A stretch of DNA of 64,000 nt from Rhodosorus marinus CCMP1338 (lineage: Eukaryota; Plantae; Rhodophyta): assembly GCA_029953675.1 (NCBI GenBank), contig JAMWBK010000002.1, positions 2,232,001-2,296,000 of the forward strand, given 5' to 3'. Below are positions 37,036 to 50,982 of this stretch, one piece after another. Numbering within the stretch: the stretch's first letter is position 1; every line of letters begins with the position of its first letter. The position numbers and the translations under genes were made by a program. Under the pieces are notes generated by a model. It did not search any database. It was given only the letters and a program-made list of their open reading frames with translations, and was not told where the DNA came from.

Positions 37036-39590
37036 CTACACAGGAACTTCACTATCTTCAGGGGCCACGCCTGTCTCGTCAGCGGGAGTATCCTCTTGCG
37101 CTTGTTTTTCTTCTACTTTGCGCGTCATCCTCATTTCGAAGTCGTCCCCATCGAGCTCGTCCTCAGAGGGAATGTATTCCTCACAAATATCTTGGAACGT
37201 CCCCCCGCTTCGAATGATGGCGATTGCACGGATGAACTCATCGATCAGCAAGTCAAGAGAATACTGAGTCACGGCTTTACCCAAATCGTGAGACAAGTCA
37301 AAAGGATCCTCAATTGAGAAACGATGGTCGCTCCTCCAGTTCCTTGTGCGCCCTTCGTTCTTCGTCTTTTCCGAGGTTTCAGCTGTGCTCTCCTCCTCGG
37401 CGACCCTAGGACATGGAACAAGAGCGACAGAATGCAATCGTTCAGTCATCGATTCGGCGCCCACGACGAAGTCCTCAATTCGACCGAGGTTTTCATACTC
37501 CTTGTCCTCGGGCTTCGCGGGTACGGGAACAAAGACTCCGTTCTCTTCAACATAGTCCCAGCTCTTCCCCTCGCGGGACAGAAAACCACCCGTTCTCGGG
37601 CAGAATACCATAGTCTCGTAGTTATGAATAAATGCGTGGTACCAAAAAAATGATAGCAAGAGCTCTCCGACGGATTCCTTGTTCTCGTTAGGATCAGGGT
37701 CTTTAAGCCATTTGAATTCCCTGTCGAAGTAAACGTTCCAGCCTTCTTCTATCCTCCTTTGAACATTACTAGGATCACGAACAGGCCTGCTCTGGTACGA
37801 TTGCTGCAAGCAAGGCAGCACGGGCTTCGGACGCCGGACTAGGAAGTGGATCATCAACAAAGCGTAAGCATAGGAACTGAGTGTACCCCGATATGCCTCG
37901 TTTATCCTCCGGCACTTTGCCCAATATTTCAATGCGAGGACTAGGGGCTTCACTCGCCAGTCAAGACTCACGTACGTAGCAATGAGCTCAGTGTTGTGAC
38001 GGGCGAGCTCGTTGTTGACACACATGTCAACTTTGTATCCAGATACAGGATCAAAGAACTGCACAATTGGAACTCTTGCCCTTCCACGAACCTGAGCAAT
38101 ATTAAGGAGAGCAGGCGAAGAACGAACCGTTTCAGACATTGTCCTGTTGCAAATTCCCTATTCCGTAAAAGCTCGAGGTGTACCTCAATGTCTTGCATTC
38201 TCGCCCTTCTCAGAAGCCTTGACGCCTTCCACACAAGGTTCCTAGTGGTCTGAATGTTTCCATCCTTGTTGGACCTTGCATCCTCAGGAGGAACGATCGC
38301 ACAAACATCGACGTCCCCATTCTTTAGTTCTAGTCCAGTCCCCGAAGACCCAAACAAGATTACCTTGGAGTGTGGCCATTCTTTTCTGCATACTTTCTGC
38401 AGATGTCGCACGAGACTAGCTCGTCGATTCGTATCATTCTCCGGCGGGACTATTTTCTCGTAGACTTCCCTGATGCCCTTCTCCAGCAAGCCGATCGCCG
38501 ATGGGTTTATCCCCCCCGTAATAATCTCCTTCGCGATGTCTGGGTTCCTCACGTATTTACACTGCTGGGCTCTGGCAGTAACTCCCTCGTTTCGATTCGT
38601 GAGAAACGCCTCCTCCTTCTTCGTTTTCGCTGTCAAGGAGTCTGCGTTTTCCGCACCATCGCTGTTAGCTGCCTTGTCAGAGGTAACTGCGGCATCAGTC
38701 GCTTCTACTGGTTCCCCAGCAGGTTCCTCGCCTGCGGGTTTATCTTGTTGAATCTGGTCAAATGCCTGGAGCCTTCCTTTCTCGCTTACGTCTCCAGCAA
38801 GTTCCGGGCTCGGATCGGAGGCTGGGATCGCTCTCGAATGCATTCCTTTCACCTCATGACTTACCCACAATCCATCCGCTGGCGTCAGAGGGATAGCCGA
38901 AGCTGGAAGGCTAAGGTCCGCGGCCGCTTCTTCGAGTTCAAGATTGTTCAGCGACACAAGAGCAGGAGGGCCCTTTGCAGCCGCCTCGGAGGACATGTCT
39001 GCAGGTACGAAAGCAGTACCGATTTCTCCAATGAAAGGATTTTCGGGGGGGACTGTCCACAACCCTGGCCCGGACGGGTGCTGCTCCGTACCCTGCCCAA
39101 TGACACTCGTGCTATTGATATTTGCTACAGGCCCGGGTGGTACCTCATTGTGGGAGGAAGGAAGTGAGATATGGGTTTTTGCGAAGTCCTGACTAAGCCA
39201 CTGATCGCTTGCTTGAAGGGGAGGGTCCTCTGTCATGATTTGCCTAGCAGGCTCCGTGACAACGGTTGAGTCTTGCGGTTCGCTTTTCGACTTTCCATGC
39301 CGGTTCGGGCCCTTCTTTCCACGTCCTCGCCGTGCTGCGGGCTCTGGTGCGGTCCCGAGGAGAAGCTGCTGCTGCCAGTTCATCCCAGCCTGATCCTCCT
39401 TGTTCTGCTGTCCTTGAGGTCCAGGCCCTTGGAGCGCTACTTCCTCATTAGCTGTACCAGTTTCACCACTTGATCCCTGCTTTCTCCTTGCTGGCCTCCT
39501 CGCTGGCCTTCGACGTCTTCTCCTTCCGTCCACTGAACCCCCCGCTGCAACCCCACCATCACCTCGTCCGTAGTCCTCTTCTCCTGCCAT
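37036..39590 (-). CDS. Terminal uridylyltransferase / Cid1-family non-canonical poly(A) polymerase, 2 exons, 820 aa
   Basis: Intron 38183-38092. Catalytic LFGSSGTGLELKNGDVDVC, ARVPIV, KVDMCVNN, GTLSSYAYALLMIHFL; PAP-associated SIEDPFDLSHDLG with His. Confidence 0.9.
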
Positions 39591-40627
39591 TACACTTCGC
39601 CTCTAGCAGTCAGACCATCGTTCACATGAACCACGCATATTACGCACCAGCCCGCGCCCGAACCAACCCTTGTGCCCAAACCCAAACCCCCCCAGTTAGG
39701 ATCGATCGATCCTTCAACCACCCAAAACCGGGGCAGGCCAAAAAACCACAGTCTCAGTCCTCTAATGCCAAATCAGCTAAAAACTAGCACCACGCCTTCA
39801 ACAAACCCAGAGAATAGAAGAAACAAACATCTTCATATCCTTTCTCAAGGGCAACACTCAGACAACCCAAGTCTCCTCCCCGACACTCAAACGAGGCAAT
39901 CAGACCCGACTTTCTTAACGAGGAACAACCCGCATAGAGAGAGACATACAGAGAGAGCGCTAGCTAGATAGATAGATAGACAGAAAGAGACTTCAAAAAG
40001 CTGCTAGTAGCACAGGAAAAAGGGGATTTCTTAGCAGAATTTCATACAAAGACAGCAACAAGAACCTAGTCATCCCGTCGAGGCCTTTAGTCCTCACCCA
40101 AGAACCCGTCCCAGTCAAGCGCTTTCCAACGATCACCAAATCTCCGCCTACTTTGCCATAGCGCCATTATTTTAAGACAAATTCTCTAGATTATTCTTAT
40201 TAAAAAACTTTTTGACATTTGTTTTAGATATGGAGCGGGATTGGATTTAATTAAGAATATTCGTCCTTCTTTGGAAATGATCGGATGAGCATGGTCGGAT
40301 GGTTTGACTGTTTGGTCAGCTTGGGCTGGTGGAGGTTTGTAGTATGAAGAGCTCGTTAGATCTGTGGAAATCTGTCTGTCCCGAGATTTTACCCTACCTC
40401 CGATTCTTCCACGTCCCTTCATAAGACCTCTCGGTTGGATGCGTTGAAGATACGGGCGGAGCGGAGTTGTGGTTTACTTGCTAAACTGGTTGAGAGCTCG
40501 GATCTATTCTCAGTGAGCACTATTTCGTATCTCATGTCTTTGATCTGGGCGTCGGTAAGTATGCAGACCCGGTCCAACGCTCCCCCAAAACTGTTTTGGG
40601 GTTTTTGGCTCTTCGATTGTAAATATT

Positions 40628-41235
40628 TTAGCAAAAGTCGGAGTAAGTGTACAACCATTTGCAAGCGATCTCCAGACGGCGATAGCCCGGATCCCCGGCT
40701 TCTCTCGATATCTTGGTTATCTCCTCTCCATAGATGACTTCGATGTAGTCATCAATGCCTTTGCGGACCACCTCGTCCTCCGGAAGCTGTTCTTCAAGAA
40801 AGCCGCTGGCCTGGTCGTCGCCGACAAAGTTAGGTGGGAAGTCCGCAAACGTCTTCATTCTTTCTAGCGTTGCGGTCGAGCATTTATCTGGACGCCATTC
40901 CTCAGCATGATCATCCCAGACGTATCCCATTGCAGCTACAATGGCGTTGCACACTAAGGCCTCCGGGACGTCTCCTTCGATCGCGCCTTTCATGAACCTG
41001 TGCCTAAAATAAAAAAACGGATACATCCTCTAAGAACCAATAACGCTAGCTAAGCACCTTGCCGGAGACTAGTTTACCTGTCAAACTGATCCATTTCCAG
41101 TGGAAGAGGCACTCTCGGCCATAGACTTGCCCTGGTCAGGTAGTTCTTCGACCGATTCTGTCTCCTACATCTCGCGACGCCTGTCGAGTTTGGTCCAAGA
41201 ACCCTTCCAACTCTGCAAGTATTGCAAAAGGCCAT
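40628..41235 (-). CDS. Plastid-targeted DUF1823-like protein, 2 exons, 177 aa
   Basis: MAFCNTCR... transit peptide; intron 41077-41004 gives 178 codons. MGYVWD...EW, FPPNFV and RRLEIACKWL resemble cyanobacterial DUF1823 as recalled. Gene model is firmer than the family call. Confidence 0.7.
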
Positions 41236-43021
41236 GAATGACTACGCACAAGCAGACGCAATCCAACTTCGAAGCCTTTACCAGACAGCGGTTGTCCCAT
41301 GCCCTCCCGATTGAGGGAGGTGCTCTGTTCAAGAATGTGAGAGATGGGCAGCGACCACTCATGGGTCTGAGATCGTCGCGGATTGCCTATGAGGAAGCCG
41401 CAGCACTGTCAGAACAGCGTATTGCTTGAGCTCGAAGAATCGCATTGAACTAGCTTCAGACCGTTGAAAGAGAACTTTTGTTCTCTTGCGGCAAAAGTTT
41501 CTCTAGTTGGCTCTTTCTGTTCGAAGTATTTGACTCTGCTGAGCCGAGCTTGGCAGGGCAACTGGCTTCCGCCGCCTCTCTTGCGGCTGGGATCCTTGAT
41601 GTTTGGCGTAGCCTGAGTTCATAGATCCTGCTTTCTGCTCAGAAATCGATCGACGCTGCCTGGATCGGATCGACTCCTAGCGGCAGTCGAGTACAGATGA
41701 AGTACATTCTAGAGCAGCTCTTTTTGGAAGAACTGATATTTGTACTGCAAACTACCGGATGAGGACTCGACCGTCTAGAACTACAAGCATATGTTTTCTG
41801 GAATGACCGGAACGCCCATGGACTTCGATAAACTAAGAACATGTGCAAAATCATCAGCTTATACCTTCGGCGTCAGAGCAATAAAACATCAATAAGAGCT
41901 ATGGTTGTCTTGGTTAGAGGCACATTAAAGCTCGTACTTTTCATGTTTGGAGAGCTGCTTTTGAAGGGACAGAGGTCCCACTGCAGTCCAACGATACACC
42001 GTAGCTGGCATATTTTCTTTGAAATCTCCCGGGGGGCAGAGGGCCACGGCAAAGATGTCTCTCTACCTTTCTGGCGCATAAAACCTTTTCTTGATGTTGG
42101 AGACACGGGATTTACGCCTTCATTAGTTTTCGTTTTGTACTCTTGCGCTTGTGGTTTTTCTGGTACTCTCCGAACAAGCTCTTTCAGCAGAGCAGAAGAG
42201 CAAATCGACCAACCGTATATTCTCAAGAATCATGAAAAAAACATTATCTACACTGTCCAATAAAAATTATCTTACCACAATATTATCCAATAAGTTTTCT
42301 TCAACAAAATACCGGCGTATATTAATATAATTAAAACATACTTGTCAAAGAAGACCAATAATACATCTAAAATTACCCCAGGAACCAAAAATAAATTCAA
42401 TACAATTAAGTAGTATAGAGTATTTAACTAATATTTAAAAATATATGATGAATAAGTATTTCGTTCATGCATATGAATGGTTGAATGGATATGGTAAATA
42501 AATACTTTTTTGGGGTATTGGTGGTCGGACGAGATTTTTTTTTTTTCGGGGTGGGGGAGGTTGACGTATGACTTTGGTGACTGGCTAGGACTGTAGGTGA
42601 CGCTTATATGGAAGGACTGACGTTTCGGGATGAAACAAGGTTCAGAACTCTTGAGCATCGTGAGGAAACTTAGGAGGGTATGCTCAGCATAAATGGTCAC
42701 TTCAAACTGATCCTATGTTCGTTTTCGGAGGAGACTTGTTTCCTACCATAGGCCAAAGATTGCGACGGACAAATTTTCAATCCTCTTCCCCCCCGCGGAA
42801 CGTGGTGAACCAGTCAACTTTGTTCACTGGTTAAGAGGAGTATTTAGCTGAGGGTGCCGACGAGGTGGGTGAGGTGAGGTGGAGTGAGGTAGGGCGAGGT
42901 AGGGTTTTGTGAGGGAAGGTTTGAGTGTGGTGGTATAGAAAAATCTATATGAGATCGTTAGTTTCAGTGTCTAGAGGTAGATCGACATATCTTAGGTTCT
43001 GAGTAGAGTTTGTGTGGGAGG

Positions 43022-44387
43022 ATGGCGTGTTTTGTTGGAGGTTTTGGAATTGGGCGGAGCGGTAGGGGGAGGATCGTGTGTCCAAGGGAGCAGAGGTCAA
43101 GGGTTGTAAGCGTTTCTATGAGTCTGGAGTCTTTTATCCCAAAGTTGAAATCTGCGCAGGATCAGTTTGAGGAATTGACTCAGCAGCTGGGGGATCCTGA
43201 TGTGGCATCGAACCCGACCGAGTTGACTAAAGTGACGAAGGCGCGTGCTGCTCTGGAGGATGTTGTTAATGCTTACAATGAGTGGACCGATAATAGGGAG
43301 CAGGCGGAGGAGGCGAAGATGCTTTTTGAAGAAGCTGAGGACCCGGAGATGAAAGAAATGGCACGGGACGAGATGAACGAACTGAACACGGCGGTTGCGG
43401 ATATCGAGGAGAGAATCAGAGTATTGCTTCTGCCTACGGATCCTAATGACGACAAAAACGTGATGCTCGAGATTCGTGCTGGGACTGGAGGTGATGAGGC
43501 TTCAATCTGGGCTGGAGACTTGGTTCGGTAAGTGTGGTTTTCTGAATTTGATGCCGAGCACTGTGCTTTGATCGCGCTCTTCTCTGGAAATTTCTCACGC
43601 CTTTCAATTACTGCCCTCTCCCTTGCGACCAGGGTATACACAAAGTACGCAGAAACAAAGAGCTGGAGGGTGTTTACAGTCTCCGCCAGCGAAAATGAGA
43701 GTGGCGGCTACAAGGAATGCGTTTTGGAGATGCAAGGCGATATGGTATACTCCAGGTTGAAGTATGAAGCTGGCGTGCACCGAGTGCAACGAGTACCAGC
43801 AACTGAGACCCAAGGTCGAGTACACACATCCACCGCGACTGTTGCAATCATGCCCGAAGTGGACGAAGTTGAAGTTCAGATAGACCAAAAAGATATTGAG
43901 TTGAAGACCGCTCGCAGTGGAGGTGCCGGAGGACAGAATGTAAACAAGGTCGAAACTGCAGTTGATCTGCTCCATAAGCCTACTGGTATCCGCGTGTTCT
44001 GCACGGAGGAAAGATCGCAGCTCAAGAACAAGGATCGGGCGTTCCAGATTCTAAGAGCCAAGCTCTACGAGATGGAGCTAGAGGTGCAACAGAAAGCGGT
44101 AAGTCGAGAATCCTTCCTACACACTGCGTTCTGTATTGCAAAGTCGCTGAGCTGGGGAAGAATTTTCACCACAGATTGCTGGCAACCGGCGTAGCCAGGT
44201 AGGCACTGGCGCGAGGTCGGAAAAGATTAGGACCTACAACTACAAGGACTCCAGAGTGTCCGATCATAGGCTAGGGAGGAACTTTCCGCTTCCCACCTTC
44301 CTAGAGGGGAAGATTGAGGATATCATTGATGCCTGCATTTTCGATGATCAGCAGCAGATGCTCCTGGAAATGGCCGACACGGCGTGA
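43022..44387 (+). CDS. prfA: Plastid peptide chain release factor 1, 3 exons, 394 aa
   Basis: Exons 43022-43527, 43633-44098 and 44175-44387. [26 protein letters not shown] (PxT), [22 protein letters not shown]; transit peptide MACFVGG... Confidence 0.95.
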
Positions 44388-44794
44388 AAAACAAGGCAAA
44401 CGCCGACGATCAACCATGGTTTTCAAAAAAAAGAAGTCTTCCCATTATTTAGCTAATTGAGTGTTGATGAAGTTAAGTATTATATGCATGTCAGCTATAC
44501 AAAAGGCACAAGAGTAGAGGCCAAGTAGCGATGGGTTAGAACGCGCTCTCTCTTTGTCTATACACCACCTATACACCGTGCAGAAGCGGCTTGGTTAGCC
44601 AAAGATCTCCTGTGGTTAGGATTGCTTTGCCCCCGTGGCACCCATCAAGAACGTTGAAGTTACGCGCCCATGCGTTGTTTGCGAAATAAATTTGCGCAGG
44701 AGCTTTAGGTTCGAGGGAAAGACTGTTACGAACAAGAGCCGCTGTTTGCTACATCGCCTCATGAGGGCCAACCACCATTTCCAGTTCCGATCTG

Positions 44795-47700
44795 TCAATC
44801 TGCCGAGATTAGCTTCTGAGCAGCTTCGTGCAACCGAATTGGTTGTTCAAGGTCCTCTTTCACATGGTCTTTCACGACTCCAATCGATTCATTGCACGCG
44901 TTCATGAAATCGTCTACTCGGATTGCCGTTTCTGAACCTTTTTCGATGGCGTCCATTTCACTCTTGGCATCTACATCAAGCGCAGGAGGCGGCTCAGTGG
45001 TCATTGCCATAGATGGCTCCAGATACTCCCCCACAATTTCCGAAAATTCTTTAGGGTTGCCAGCGGTCTGAATCCGATCTAGCCATACTTTGCCAACCAC
45101 TGTAGAAACAGTAGACTCCGCAGGGTAGAAGCTCCTCAGACAATGTTGAATAAGTCTCGCAGCCTCTACGACGGGAGTCATGGGGCTGCCTTTCACCAGT
45201 CCACGGACCTCGAAGTCCGTGGCACACAATAGACAAATCGAAAGGGCATCTCTCGAGTAATTCTCGAGACTTAGAAACTGCAGCTTCTCATTCTTCTCCA
45301 AGTCTTCGAAGACTTCAAAAGGCTAAGACATCGGACAATAAAACAAAAACAGGTTTCAAAAAAAAATGTTGCCGTCTCGAATGCCAGGAACGCGTCTCAA
45401 GAAAGTCGTGTTATCGCTTTGGAGTTCTTACCAACGCGGAGTTCTCTCTATACGAACCACGAAGGACGTTCGTCCAAAGTCCAATCGCTTTAGCCCAAGC
45501 TCCAGTTCTGGTCGCCTTGCTCGCGCTTGCCACGAGTGACAGGCGTCTAAGGGCAGCCCTGTACGTTTTCCTAGCGATTTCAAGCGGCTCGATGACTTCA
45601 ATAAAACCCTTTCCGTCAAAAAGCACAGAATATGCACGATCCAGAGTTTCGGGTTCAGACCACGTTCGCTCCAGCTTCCGGGCCTGTAGAATCAGTTTTA
45701 ATGCGTCTATCAAAGTTGGCTTCGGTTGCTCGCTTCCCTCCTTTTCGAGCCGCATGAACAGCGCGCCCCGACACAACTCCAAGAGATCGCAACCGTTGGG
45801 CTGGACAAGCAGTTTGCAGGCTGTGACCAGTGCTTGTATGAGTCCCATTTCAGGGTTTTGCGGGTATATGGCAAGGCAGAAATCCACGATCGATATCAAG
45901 CAATCCGGCTCGCGATTTCGGCCGGCGGACATAAAGTGAGCAGTTGCCCAATCAACGATTTCAGATGCCTCGTGTTCAAAGCTTCTCAGCAGCTGATCTC
46001 TCTCATACTGCGCAACTTTTCGCTCGAACTCATCGTTCGAGGCAAAAAGTTTAGTCAAAACCGACTCAGGGAGCAACGTCATCGCATCCTCCGAGGCTTC
46101 TTGCGTAGAAAATTGGGCTCTTGTGCGCTCGCTCACGTATACGAGTCCATACGCAGATGTAGGTTGAGCACCGCCTCCTTCCGCCTCCTTCCAAACCTCC
46201 CCCACAGTCGCAGTTCGAACTTTCATATCGTCGAACCGAGTCCAGGTCAAATTGCCGTCTACGTTTGTTCCGCTGTCGCCAGTCCCCCCTCCATCCTCCG
46301 CTCTGCTTCTAATGTAAGTCCAGTAATGACCAGAGTTCGCAGCACCTGAATGCACCAATACGGCGAACAGTGCATATTTTTCCGAAACAAGGTTCTGATA
46401 AGCCAAACCTTCCTCCGCGAGCAGCTTGGAGGTTTTCGCTTTCCACTCCTGAGTCCGGCTGTAGTCTTGAGCGAATACATCTTCCAGCACTGCAATGGCC
46501 CTGGAAATTTCGTCGTGCGCAATGTCGACTATTTCGAATGCCTTGTCACTGTTGAGAGAGGACTCCAGCCTCTTCTTGGTTCTCATCAACGCAGTAAGGG
46601 TAGACTCTGCTGGCTCCTTTCCGTCTCCCATCGGATCCTTCAATTTGTGGTACTCGTTGAGGCTCTTTGTAATTGACGCCCTTTCCTTCTGCAGTTCAGC
46701 AATCTTCTTCCTCGCCTGAACTGCTGCATCTCGGTTAGTCTGCATGTATCGATCCAGTGTAAGAACTTCATCAATAGCTAGATAGTCGTCAATCTTCTCT
46801 GCGGAGTTGATCTCCCGATTGTACCGAACCCTTGTAGTGTACAAAGTTACGACAGGGGACAGTCTCGTGAACCATACGTTTTTCTTCCCCGGCTTCATCT
46901 CTGTTAATCCTCCCGATTTCCCAGACCCGTTTTCTTGAGCTTCGCAGTCATCCCTTGGTTCGCTTCTATATTCCACGTCGGCTTGGGCGTACTCGTCCAA
47001 ACCGCAATAAATATCGCTGGTGTCTGATTGTGAAACCCCAATAATTAGCGAAGTCGTTTCCCCTCCACTCTTTTGCTCTACTTTTCCGTCCGAAAGAAGT
47101 TCCTGAACGAACGTCGAAGTAAACATGCTCTTCACAGGATTACGCGTATCATCCTGTCCATTGCCCACGTTCGCAAACGCCCTCTCTACAACGTCGAGAA
47201 TCAGCTGATTGGATTCAGACACGTCCTCCTGTCCTCCGATCTTCAGTTGACCACCACTAACTTTAACCAGTGCGTCGATTAAGCCGCTTGGATCTGCATG
47301 CTTTTGATTGCCCAGAGCAAGGACGGCGAACAAGGTTTGAAGTTCTTCTACGAACTTTATACAAGCTAGAACGTTCTCATCGAGCAACACCTCCCCGTTC
47401 GCTGTTCGTCTTCGAAAGCGAAATATTGTCTTCCGGAAGTCTGGAAGGCTGTAGTACAGCTGGATTAGGGAATTGAGATAACAAGTATTTCCAATGTTAA
47501 CCAATCCTACTGCCTCAGACATGGCGGTCCTACATGACCACGAAACAAGCACAGGAGCACCCTTAGAATTGCGAACCGGCCATGCCAGGAAGGTTCTGCA
47601 CCATACCTCAATACTTCTTTCGGATCGCCACAATCCGGGAGCGCCCAATTCGATTCGTTAGATCTGGCTGCAAATTCAGCGGTCTTGTCGCTGTACTGAG

Positions 47701-48170
47701 TACTGGACGGATCATCCGTTCTTCGCATTTGGGCACTGCTCGGATTTGGAACGCCATCGCCCTGCTTCTGCTGTAATGCCACGTCACCGCTTCTCTTTTC
47801 TGATTAGAGAGCAGAATGGAATAAAGGCAAAATCAGTATCTTAGTTCCTAGGATCGGGAGATTCGTGAAACCAAAGCTGCCCAGAAAGCGAGAACTAGAT
47901 CACACCTCCCGGTTTAGACTCAGATACTGCACCGGAATCTTTCTCTTTCGCTCCCGCTGCCGTCGAGTCGGGGTAGGTAAGCAAGGGGTGCGATTCATTA
48001 ACAAACGTGGAAATGGCCTTCTCCGTAACCTCCGGCGCGCTGTTCGTCCCTCTATCAAAAATGAACGCCACAGCCGCTTCCATCGTATCTATTCCAGCAG
48101 CTATTGCCGCCCCAATCTGATCGGATGTGAACCCCATCCCTTCCAGATTAGATCTAAGGTCCTCACCCAT
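44795..48170 (-). CDS. Ubiquitin C-terminal hydrolase (USP/C19) with N-terminal UBA domain, 4 exons, about 1027 aa
   Basis: Exons 48170-47906, 47799-47607, 47529-45432 and 45322-44795 sum to 1028 codons. UBA LEGMGF...MEAAVAFI; Cys box GLVNIGNTCYLNSLIQ; QEDVSE; His box LVHSGAANSGHYWTY, WTRFDD. Confidence 0.9.
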
Positions 48171-48975
48171 CTCTCCTTACCCTGAAAACCTCCCCAGCTT
48201 CCGGACGATAGAACGGAAAAATCCTTTCCAACACGCGGAAGACCGTCTTTCACAAGAGAACAAAGCAAAAGAAGAAACCTCAAATCCCTACAGTTCCTTC
48301 AATATCCTACATCCACACCACATCCTACAGTTTCCCTTCCAACGATCTGTTCAGAAGTTAGAGCAGCTCTTCACCACCCTCTTCCCTCCCTCGCTTCCCA
48401 TTAACCCCAAACCGACTTGTAGTACCGGACGATCCTCAACATCCTCATCACTAAGCAAAGCCGTGATTCACACAGTGCCTAAATACATTCCAAATTACAG
48501 TCATCACAGTACATTGTTTTAATTTAAATCAATTATTCAAGAATAGTTTCTATATTTAGATACAACAAGTACTTAAAATAGTCCATATCCATGATGATTG
48601 CCGATAGACCGGTTTTGATGGATATCTTTTGTCCCAAGAAAATATAGTGTGAAAGGAGGTTTGTGGTTATCATAGGCCAAATCCGTTGTGGTTGATACAG
48701 GAGTTGGTAGGTTTGATCGCCACTTGCGTGAATACTTGATGAGTTCCGACGACTGTCTCTGGCGGAGACAGAAGCCTTGATTTCAGCAAAAGAAAGGATG
48801 GAAGTTGATTGAGCTCATTTGTGCTCTTTCCATTCCATCCTCTGTTCATTGCACCCGTTTCCCAGTAGCGTGGAATACTGTGTTTTTCCCTCCGAGGAGA
48901 CGAGCTGTTGCTTTCAACAAAAGAAGCCTGAATTTTTTGGACACTCTCCCAAAACAAACCCTCTAATCCCCCATT

Positions 48976-49040
48976 CCTCCTCCCCTTCCTCCTCCCGTCA
49001 CCTCCTCCCCTTCCTCCTCCCGTCACCTCCTCCCCTCCCC
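48976..49040. repeat. C/T-rich 25-bp tandem repeat, two copies
   Basis: ccttcctcctcccgtcacctcctcc repeated twice. Confidence 0.8.
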
Positions 49041-50058
49041 TCGTCTGTATCTGGAAAAATCGAATGAGTAGGGACAAATAAAATGTCTGCGCCAAGCGCT
49101 GTCGTGATCCTCGGCGAAACGAATCGGGAACGGTTGAGCGAAATACGAGAAGCGTTGTAGTGAGCCTTGGCGTACGAATCTGAAAGGGAAGATAGAGCTT
49201 TTTTTTTATCCTCTGGAGATTGGACGATAGTTCTCGAAGGTGCAAAGGGGTTGGCATTCAACGCAGAAATGTTAGGCTCTTCGCGGTTTCGTCCTCGGTG
49301 GATTTGGATGCTCCAGGGAGGTGGAAAATCTCGGATGTGTTCTGCAGAACCATCTGATGACTTCATGATTCTACTAATTTATCCGGTTCTCACATCGTCT
49401 CTTGCTCGAAGTCCTAAACCTGCAAAACCTCTGGTGTGAGTGACCACTAAGAACACGGTTCGTTCCGGGTTTCAAATGGTCTTTGTCCCGTTCGGAAGTG
49501 GGTTTTAGGATGAAGAGGACGTGTTGACGAGTCATGTGAGCCTATCTTGGACGCATAGCAGTCGCAAGAACAGGCATCAAACCATGTTTATGATGCCGGA
49601 TGCTGACCTGCGGTCATCCAGAAGTTGCGCGTAAGGCCAGGTCCGAATTTCCAGCATATGGGTCCACTCCACCGAGGAAGCAGACGCGAAGAGCATGAAC
49701 GCCTTGGACACATTTGGGAACCACCTTGCGCTTTCCTAGCGTCGTTTATTTCGTTTGAAGAATCAGCTTCCCTGATGGTTGCGTTTACCGTTACAACTAT
49801 CAGTGGAATGGGGATGTGTCTGTCCTGTCCGGTCAGTTCAGGCTCCCCTGCAGAGATCCTTGGCATGTCCCACATTGCTTTCTCTGTTGCTGCTCACAAG
49901 CTGGGTGGATTTGTTCGATTTGTTTTTCGGAGAATCCTTGGCTACGTAGTTTCTGAGCACCAGTCTGTTCAGCAAGGAGAGCGCACTCTGTCGCAAAGTT
50001 CTAGCTCCTCCTTGCTGAAAGAGGCGTGCAGAGTTTGATTAGCTATTAAGGACAAACT

Positions 50059-50982
50059 TCACTGCAGGTCTTTGCAGAACAGGAGTTGAGTGCCCGGTAC
50101 GGAGATTACTTGAATTGCCATTCCAGATGAGAGGATTCTCACTGAGTACGCATCTTCGTCTCTCCAGAGGAGACTGTAGCCAAGCTTCTCCTCGTAAAGC
50201 TTCTTCGCGGGTCCGTTTGCGTCCTCAACGATGAGCCAAATATCCTTGAACAATCCTTCATTCCACGTACGGACCTCCTCCTCACAAGCCTCACATAACC
50301 TTTTTCCAAGGCCGAGACCGCGGGCATTTGGCGATACAGCCAGGTTTGACAAAACGGGATGCAGGGAGTACTTTCCTTCCTCTTCCTGCGCATCGAAAAC
50401 TATTGCAGCAACTTCGTGAAGCGGGGACTTCCTCAGCGAATTCCTGACTGGCGCAGACATTGCACCCAGGGTGGAAGAGAATAGTCTCTCCCCTACCTCC
50501 CTTGGCAGCACTTCGTAGGCGCCATTTAATTCCTTGACAACCGCAACTTCGATCCCTACACATCCTAAGATTCCCTGCTCCCCTCTCGCAATGAAGAAGC
50601 TCGTCGACAGCCTTCTCTTCCCAGTTAGTCTTCCATATCTCGAGGACAAATCTTCCTCCTGCTTCGACACAAGTTGCTTATGTGCATCCCCTTTCAGCGA
50701 GGATCCGCCTAGCCCCTCCTTCACATTGTCCGTTGTCGACGCGACCCAGAACGCGTCCACAAAGAAGCTCGCACAGTCCTGCAGCGCACCGTAATCATCA
50801 GTCCTATCAATCACGTACGAATCCGTCACCGATGCCTGTGCCAATACCGGTCTACATCTCCCCCACGATCCAGGACTCCTAAAAACACGAGGCCTAACCC
50901 GACTCACCCGAAACTTCAGCCCGTACCGATTACCCAACCCTAGCCCATAAGCCACAAATCCAATCTTCATCCCCCCGTCCAT
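50059..50982 (-). CDS. Plastid-targeted GNAT-family acetyltransferase, intronless
   Basis: Transit-like MKIGFVAYG..., VLSNLAVSPNARGLGLGKRL (acetyl-CoA binding) and NGPAKKLYE..LGY. Start is ATG 50982 or 50970. Confidence 0.85.
   Translation of the reverse strand: MDGGMKIGFVAYGLGLGNRYGLKFRVSRVRPRVFRSPGSWGRCRPVLAQASVTDSYVIDRTDDYGALQDCASFFVDAFWVASTTDNVKEGLGGSSLKGDAHKQLVSKQEEDLSSRYGRLTGKRRLSTSFFIARGEQGILGCVGIEVAVVKELNGAYEVLPREVGERLFSSTLGAMSAPVRNSLRKSPLHEVAAIVFDAQEEEGKYSLHPVLSNLAVSPNARGLGLGKRLCEACEEEVRTWNEGLFKDIWLIVEDANGPAKKLYEEKLGYSLLWRDEDAYSVRILSSGMAIQVISVPGTQLLFCKDLQ

Noticed and set aside
41300-42230. ORFs upstream of the DUF1823-like gene
   Set aside because: No ATG-initiated coherent frame or known motif.
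48998-50038. Short ORFs between the USP and GNAT genes
   Set aside because: Low-complexity or antisense-like translations; no supportable gene model.
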